NCBI RefSeq assembly: GCF_003334385.1
Contig: NZ_QOWN01000123.1
Source: Escherichia coli
GTDB lineage: Bacteria > Pseudomonadota > Gammaproteobacteria > Enterobacterales > Enterobacteriaceae
Reading direction: 5' to 3' (one strand)
Length of the DNA stretch: 1,179 nucleotides
In this document: positions 1-1,179 of the stretch, piece after piece
Position numbering within the stretch: position 1 is the first letter of the stretch
Layout of the letters: each line of letters begins with the position of its first letter
The notes under the pieces: model-generated
Told to the model about the DNA's origin: nothing
What the model saw: only the letters and a program-made list of their open reading frames with translations
Databases searched by the model: none
Program-made: the position numbers and the translations under genes

Positions 1-40
1 CTGCGATCAGCAGGATCAGCGCGCCGACTATCTGTAACAT
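1..40 (-). CDS. 5' end (first 13 codons) of a downstream gene encoding a protein with a hydrophobic N-terminus (probable inner-membrane protein or signal/anchor segment); possibly the yeeR-like gene that follows flu in the E. coli CP4-44 prophage. Continues beyond the left edge.
   Basis: Seen in sequence: ATG at 40-38 (minus) followed in frame by MLQIVGALILLIA with no stop to the window edge. GGAG lies 5 nt upstream of the ATG (plus-strand CTCC at 46-49). The gene is on the same strand as, and 120 bp downstream of, the autotransporter stop. It is too short to appear in the ORF track, and the yeeR identity is recollection only. Confidence 0.45.
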   Translation of the reverse strand, partial: MLQIVGALILLIA

Positions 41-45
41 AGTCA

Positions 46-49
46 CTCC
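46..49 (-). promoter_or_regulatory. Shine-Dalgarno (GGAG) for the downstream minus-strand start codon at 40-38
   Basis: Minus-strand reading is ...CACGGAGTGACTATG; GGAG with a 5-nt spacer to ATG is standard ribosome-binding geometry. Confidence 0.4.
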
Positions 50-109
50 GTGATGAATATCATGTTATTGTTAATGCCAGCGAATGTGGCGTTGAATATC
101 CGTTGCGCC

Positions 110-140
110 GGTCCGGGTCCCGATCATGATGACCGGGACC
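110..140. other. GC-rich imperfect inverted repeat (potential stem-loop) in the 3' intergenic region of the autotransporter gene; not a canonical intrinsic terminator
   Basis: Seen in sequence: 116-122 GGTCCCG pairs perfectly with 134-140 CGGGACC (7 bp, 11-nt loop). An alternative register, 110-119 against 131-140, gives a 10-bp stem with one mismatch. The loop contains the short palindrome ATCATGAT. No T/U-run follows on either strand. Confidence 0.3.
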
Positions 141-160
141 ACAGAGAGGCGATGGTTCTG

Positions 161-1179
161 TCAGAAGGTCACATTCAGCGTGGCCTGACCGTTATAGCCT
201 TCAGCGCTGCTGCCGCTGACGCTGTGGACATAACCTGCCTGAACGCCCAGGGTGATATTTTCCCGGACACGGGCTTCCAGTCCGGCCTGCAGGTCCAGTG
301 ACGTACCATTCTGTGACGGTGAGAACGTCATGTTACTGCCGGCTGCGGCTGTACCCATGCTCATGTCCCCCCGGGAGCTGAAGGTGCGGATAACAGAAGG
401 CTGTACCCACCAGTTCACCGGCAGTTCACGCACACTGTGTTTGGCACTGCCGCGCAGGGTGTCACGGGATGAGGTGCCTTTACCAAAGTTCATATCGTGG
501 TGGCTGCCCAGACGGAAGCCGGCACGCACATGTTGTGCACTGCCATGCCCGAACTTCACATAACTGGCGTTATCCTGGCCGTCATCCAGGGAGAGTCCCT
601 GCCAGGTGTACTGCAGTTGCGGCTCCAGCATCAGATTGTCAGTGATACTGAAGGGCAGACCGGTTTCCAGCGAACCCAGCCAGCCCCAGCCCCGGACGCG
701 GAAGTCGTTATTGTCCGATGAGGCTTTCATGCTGTGGCGGGTTCCCTGGGCCACAATGTCAGCCCACAGGCCGGAGGCGTTGTGTATCAGATTCAGGTAT
801 CCGCCCAGGCTGCCGGCATCATCCCGGACCGTGCCGGCACGGGAGCCGTCATCATCCTTAACATCAACGGAAGAATGGCCAGCAGCACCATATACCCCCG
901 CGGTCACAGACATACCGGCAACCTCTGTTCTGAGCAGGTCACCCTCCAGACGGACGAAGCCATAGCTGCCGCTGCTTTCCGGCGTGGCTCCACGGGCAAT
1001 ACCGCCGTTGTTATCGTGACCGAGATGACCGCCCTGAATGCTGAGACGGACGCTGTTATTTTCACCGCTTACACCGGTCTGATGGCTGCGGGAGCCTGCC
1101 AGAATCCGGTCATAGTCCATTGCCTGTGTCAGCATGGAGGCATACAGGGGGACTTCTGCACGATAAGCATTTTCACTGC
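161..1179 (-). CDS. flu: Type Va autotransporter, C-terminal translocator (beta-barrel) domain plus preceding linker; antigen 43 (Ag43)-like. Partial: 5' end and passenger domain lie beyond the window's right edge. Stop codon at 161-163.
   Basis: Seen in sequence: a 324-aa minus-strand ORF in the track, and my manual translation of 1136-1178 continues in frame with no stop (...SENAYRAEVPLYASMLTQAMDYDR...), so the Met at 1135-1133 is internal. The C-terminus ends in an aromatic residue (NVTF), the usual outer-membrane beta-signal. Repeated amphipathic segments with alternating hydrophobic/aromatic residues (YGFVRLEGDLL, FRVRGWGWLGSL, LQYTWQGLSL, WWVQPSVIRTF, ITLGVQAGYVHSV) and Gly/Ser/Asp-rich connectors fit a 12-strand barrel. 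Established knowledge/recollection: the sequence closely matches what I remember of the E. coli Ag43 beta-domain; not verified by search. Confidence 0.85.
   Translation of the reverse strand, partial: SENAYRAEVPLYASMLTQAMDYDRILAGSRSHQTGVSGENNSVRLSIQGGHLGHDNNGGIARGATPESSGSYGFVRLEGDLLRTEVAGMSVTAGVYGAAGHSSVDVKDDDGSRAGTVRDDAGSLGGYLNLIHNASGLWADIVAQGTRHSMKASSDNNDFRVRGWGWLGSLETGLPFSITDNLMLEPQLQYTWQGLSLDDGQDNASYVKFGHGSAQHVRAGFRLGSHHDMNFGKGTSSRDTLRGSAKHSVRELPVNWWVQPSVIRTFSSRGDMSMGTAAAGSNMTFSPSQNGTSLDLQAGLEARVRENITLGVQAGYVHSVSGSSAEGYNGQATLNVTF

Noticed and set aside
110-140. Rho-independent terminator for the autotransporter gene
   Set aside because: A GC-rich stem is present, but no U-tract follows on the minus strand (or the plus strand), so it does not meet the intrinsic-terminator definition. 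It is reported only as an inverted repeat.
50-301. Plus-strand ORF of 83 aa (GTG start) spanning the intergenic region and the 3' end of the autotransporter gene
   Set aside because: It has no Shine-Dalgarno sequence upstream, it starts inside the likely ribosome-binding region of the minus-strand downstream gene, and most of it is antisense to a strongly supported CDS. The translation is low-complexity with no recognisable domain. It is most likely a shadow ORF.
371-379. RGD tripeptide (SSRGDMS, residues 254-256 of the track ORF) as an integrin-binding motif
   Set aside because: It lies in the membrane-embedded translocator region, not the surface-exposed passenger. A single tripeptide is expected by chance in a protein this size.
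252-965. Three overlapping plus-strand ORFs (252-563, 497-721, 606-965; 74-119 aa)
   Set aside because: All lie antisense to the autotransporter barrel CDS in GC-rich sequence, where long spurious ORFs are expected. Their translations are Pro/Arg/Ser/Cys-rich with no protein-like features. There is no evidence for overlapping antisense genes.
1133-1135. ATG given by the ORF track as the start of the 324-aa ORF
   Set aside because: The frame stays open upstream to the window edge (1136-1178 translate without a stop), and the preceding residues continue a coherent linker sequence. This is an internal Met, not the start codon.
1-1179. A novel defence or other undescribed system, CRISPR repeats, tRNA/ncRNA genes, or IS element ends
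   Set aside because: I found no direct-repeat array, no tRNA-like or other structured-RNA signature, and no terminal inverted repeats or transposase fragments. The window is fully explained by one known-family gene, a spacer and the start of the next gene.

Overview
The window is dominated by one gene on the minus strand: the C-terminal ~339 codons of a type Va (classical) autotransporter, covering the translocator beta-barrel and the linker that precedes it. The reading frame is open to the right edge of the window, so the gene's 5' end and its passenger domain lie outside the window. The protein ends in ...GYNGQATLNVTF with a stop at 161-163, and from memory I recognise it as the beta-domain of E. 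coli antigen 43 (flu/agn43) or a very close homologue. Downstream of the stop is a 120-bp spacer containing a GC-rich imperfect inverted repeat with no U-tract, then an AT-richer stretch, then a Shine-Dalgarno-preceded ATG at 40-38 (minus) that opens a second minus-strand gene with a hydrophobic N-terminus (MLQIVGALILLIA...), running off the left edge. All four plus-strand ORFs in the track are antisense to the autotransporter and are treated as shadow ORFs. I see no CRISPR array, RNA gene, mobile-element end or defence-system signature, and nothing that supports a novel system in this window. It looks like the 3' end of a known adhesin gene and the start of its downstream neighbour, probably in a prophage or island context. 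All homology statements are from memory and need a database search to confirm.
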